A DNA stretch of 19,002 bases, taken from the NCBI GenBank assembly GCA_039803745.1, contig JBDRZD010000036.1, forward strand, positions 1 to 19,002. The letters run 5' to 3'. Under the pieces are notes generated by a model. The model was not told the DNA's origin. It did no database searches and saw only the letters and a list, made by a program, of their open reading frames with translations. Shown in pieces: positions 16,952-19,002 of this stretch. How positions within the stretch are numbered: the first letter of the stretch is position 1; the number at the start of each line of letters is the position of its first letter. The position numbers and the translations under genes were made by a program. This DNA is from a candidate division WOR-3 bacterium. GTDB lineage: Bacteria; Hydrothermota; Hydrothermia; Hydrothermales; Hydrothermaceae.

Positions 16952-17856
16952 AAAATTACGCATTAATTTTTACAGGACAAGGATCTCAATGGGTTGGAAT
17001 GGGTAAAAAAATTTATGAAAAAAGTCAGAAATTTAAAGAAATTTTTGATAGATGTGAAGAAATTTTAAATTTGCCTTTAAAAAAATTGTGTTTTGAAGGA
17101 CCTGAAATTGAACTTACAAAAACAATTTATGCGCAACCTGCGATTTTATCTTTTAGTATTGGTATTTTTGAAATATATAAAGAAAAGGTTGAAGAAAAAC
17201 CACTTTGTGCATTCGGACACAGTTTAGGTGAGTTTACGGCTCTTTATGCAGGAGAAGTTCTTTCTTTTGAAGATGTCCTTGAAATTGTGAAAGAGAGAGG
17301 GAAACTCATGCATGAAGCAGGGGAAGAATTTCCGGGTAGTATGGCAGCAATAATAGGAGTTGAAGAGGAAGAAGTAAGGGAAATTATAGAAAAAAACAAA
17401 TTTAAATTTTGTGTTATTGCGAATTATAATTCACCTTCTCAAATAGTGATCTCCGGTAAAAAAGAAGAAGTTGAAGAAATTTGTAATGAACTTAAAAACA
17501 AAAGAAAAGGTAAAATAATACCACTTGTAGTCTCTGCTGCATTTCATTCTCCTTTAATGGATAAACCTGCAGAGAAATTTTCAGAGTTCCTAAAGAATAA
17601 AATTTTTAAAAAACCAATATTTCCTATAATTCAAAATGCCACAGGAGAAATTGAAACAGATCCTGAAAAAATTAAAAAAAATGTAGAAAAACAATTAAAC
17701 TCACCTGTTTTATTTACAAAATGTGTTGAGAGTGCGTGGAAGCATGGGGCAAAATGTTTTATAGAAATAGGACCAAAAAAAGTTTTAACAAGATTAGTTA
17801 AGGAAATAAAAGAGGAAGCAGAAGCGATATTTATTTCAGAAGAGGATGTATTTTGA
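16945..17856 (+). CDS. fabD: Malonyl-CoA:ACP transacylase
   Basis: Motifs FTGQGSQ, AQPAIL, GHSLGE, ANYNSPSQIVISG, VSAAFHSPLM and EIGP. Confidence 0.96.
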   Translation: MVKNYALIFTGQGSQWVGMGKKIYEKSQKFKEIFDRCEEILNLPLKKLCFEGPEIELTKTIYAQPAILSFSIGIFEIYKEKVEEKPLCAFGHSLGEFTALYAGEVLSFEDVLEIVKERGKLMHEAGEEFPGSMAAIIGVEEEEVREIIEKNKFKFCVIANYNSPSQIVISGKKEEVEEICNELKNKRKGKIIPLVVSAAFHSPLMDKPAEKFSEFLKNKIFKKPIFPIIQNATGEIETDPEKIKKNVEKQLNSPVLFTKCVESAWKHGAKCFIEIGPKKVLTRLVKEIKEEAEAIFISEEDVF

Positions 17857-19002
17857 AATTTTGATTATACTCTTTTTAATCTCCCTTTCCTTTATATTCT
17901 CAAGTTTTGAAATTGCCTATATTACCCTTTCACCTATTGAAATTAAAAAATTATCAGAGGAAAAATATTCCAATTTATTTATAAAGGATCCAAAAAAGGT
18001 TCTTTCCACAATCTTATTTGGTAATAATTTTGTAAATGTTGGAATTGCTGTATCTTTAACAACCTTTTTTTATTTCAAAGTATCAAAAGGATACGCAGCC
18101 ATAATTGGAGGTATTTTCTCTTTCTTAATTATTGTCACATTTGGTGAAATTATTCCTAAAACAATATCAAGAATTTATCCGGAATTTATTTTTTCAAAAT
18201 TTTATAAATTCATTTTCCATTCCTCAAAAGTTCTCTATCCACCAATAATAATTATAATAAAAACCTTATTTAAAAAAAGAGAAAAAGAAGACAAAATTAA
18301 AGAGGAAATATTTCTTACAAGTTTATTAAAAGAAAAAGAAAAGGAAATAAGTATAGAATTTGGAAGAGCATTGAGGTCTATTTTAAGAATTTCTGAAAAA
18401 AATGTAAAAGAAATTGTTAAGCCAAGAAAAGAACTTTTTGCAATTAAAATTGATAAAGAAATTGACGAAATATTTAAAGAATTTCTCAGCACATCCTTCA
18501 CAAGAATCCCCTTTTATAAAGATTCAATTGATAAGATAATCGGAGTTTTACACGTTAAGGATATACAAAGAATTAAAAAAAAGAAAGATATTTATAAATA
18601 TTTAAGAAAACCAATAATAGTTCCTGAAAATACAAAAATAATTGAAGTCATTAAAAAAATAAAAGAAGAAAATATGCCCTTTGTAATAGTGATTGATGAA
18701 TTTGGTGGTATAAGTGGTTTTTTAACCCTTTATGATATTATGTTAGAACTTATAGGAGAGACAGAATTTGAGAAGAAAATCTATCAAGATTTTATAATAG
18801 TTGATGGGATGATGAGAATAGATGATCTTTTTGAAAGATATTTAATTAAGTTTCCAGAGGGAGATTTTGAAACCATTAATGGCTTTTTACTCTATATTAC
18901 AGGAAGAATACCTCAAAAAGGGGAAATAATTGAATATGAGGGATACAAATTTGAAATTGTTGAAAGTGATAAAAAAAGGGTAAAACTTGTTAAAATTTAC
19001 CT
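17846..19002 (+). CDS. CNNM/DUF21-CBS-CorC_HlyC protein (hemolysin/CorC family, metal homeostasis); 3' end runs off the window
   Basis: Translated by hand from ATG 17846, which overlaps the end of fabD: MYFEILIILFLISLSFIFSSFEIA, LSTILFGNNFVN, FGEIIPK, FTRIPFY..IDKIIGVLHVKD, VIDEFGGISG and ETINGFLLYITGRIP. Not in the ORF track. Confidence 0.9.
   Translation, partial: MYFEILIILFLISLSFIFSSFEIAYITLSPIEIKKLSEEKYSNLFIKDPKKVLSTILFGNNFVNVGIAVSLTTFFYFKVSKGYAAIIGGIFSFLIIVTFGEIIPKTISRIYPEFIFSKFYKFIFHSSKVLYPPIIIIIKTLFKKREKEDKIKEEIFLTSLLKEKEKEISIEFGRALRSILRISEKNVKEIVKPRKELFAIKIDKEIDEIFKEFLSTSFTRIPFYKDSIDKIIGVLHVKDIQRIKKKKDIYKYLRKPIIVPENTKIIEVIKKIKEENMPFVIVIDEFGGISGFLTLYDIMLELIGETEFEKKIYQDFIIVDGMMRIDDLFERYLIKFPEGDFETINGFLLYITGRIPQKGEIIEYEGYKFEIVESDKKRVKLVKIY

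Noticed and set aside
2554..18501. Short ORFs nested within or antisense to the main genes (e.g. 2554-2808, 3224-3562, 3328-3549, 5477-5806, 11894-12208, 18235-18501)
   Set aside because: These are shadow ORFs of conserved genes. Many have the Ser/Phe/Ile-rich composition that mirrors the Glu/Lys-rich sense strand, and none shows a recognisable motif.

Overview
This is an AT-rich, gene-dense bacterial window from a diderm organism (it has Tol-Pal). The Lys/Glu-rich proteins and GC-rich tRNA stems suggest a thermophile, which is an inference. From left to right it holds: (1) a truncated minus-strand secreted M6/immune-inhibitor-A-like zinc metalloprotease missing from the ORF track; (2) a tightly coupled plus-strand run of about 9.6 kb: meaB, a B12 acyl-CoA mutase large and small subunit with isobutyryl-CoA-mutase-type residues, a degenerate EF-G paralogue, four uncharacterised membrane proteins (DUF6754-like plus three partners) and an AP-superfamily phosphodiesterase; (3) tandem minus-strand tRNA-His(GUG) and tRNA-Arg(UCG) without encoded CCA; (4) a permuted pal-cpoB-tolQRAB operon in which cpoB appears to start at an ATA codon; (5) fabH, fabD and a truncated CNNM/CBS/CorC protein. 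The best candidate for an undescribed system is the four-gene membrane cassette at 7166-10321, which looks like an (A+B)/(C+D) pseudo-duplication with opposite topology. No mobile element or CRISPR array was seen.
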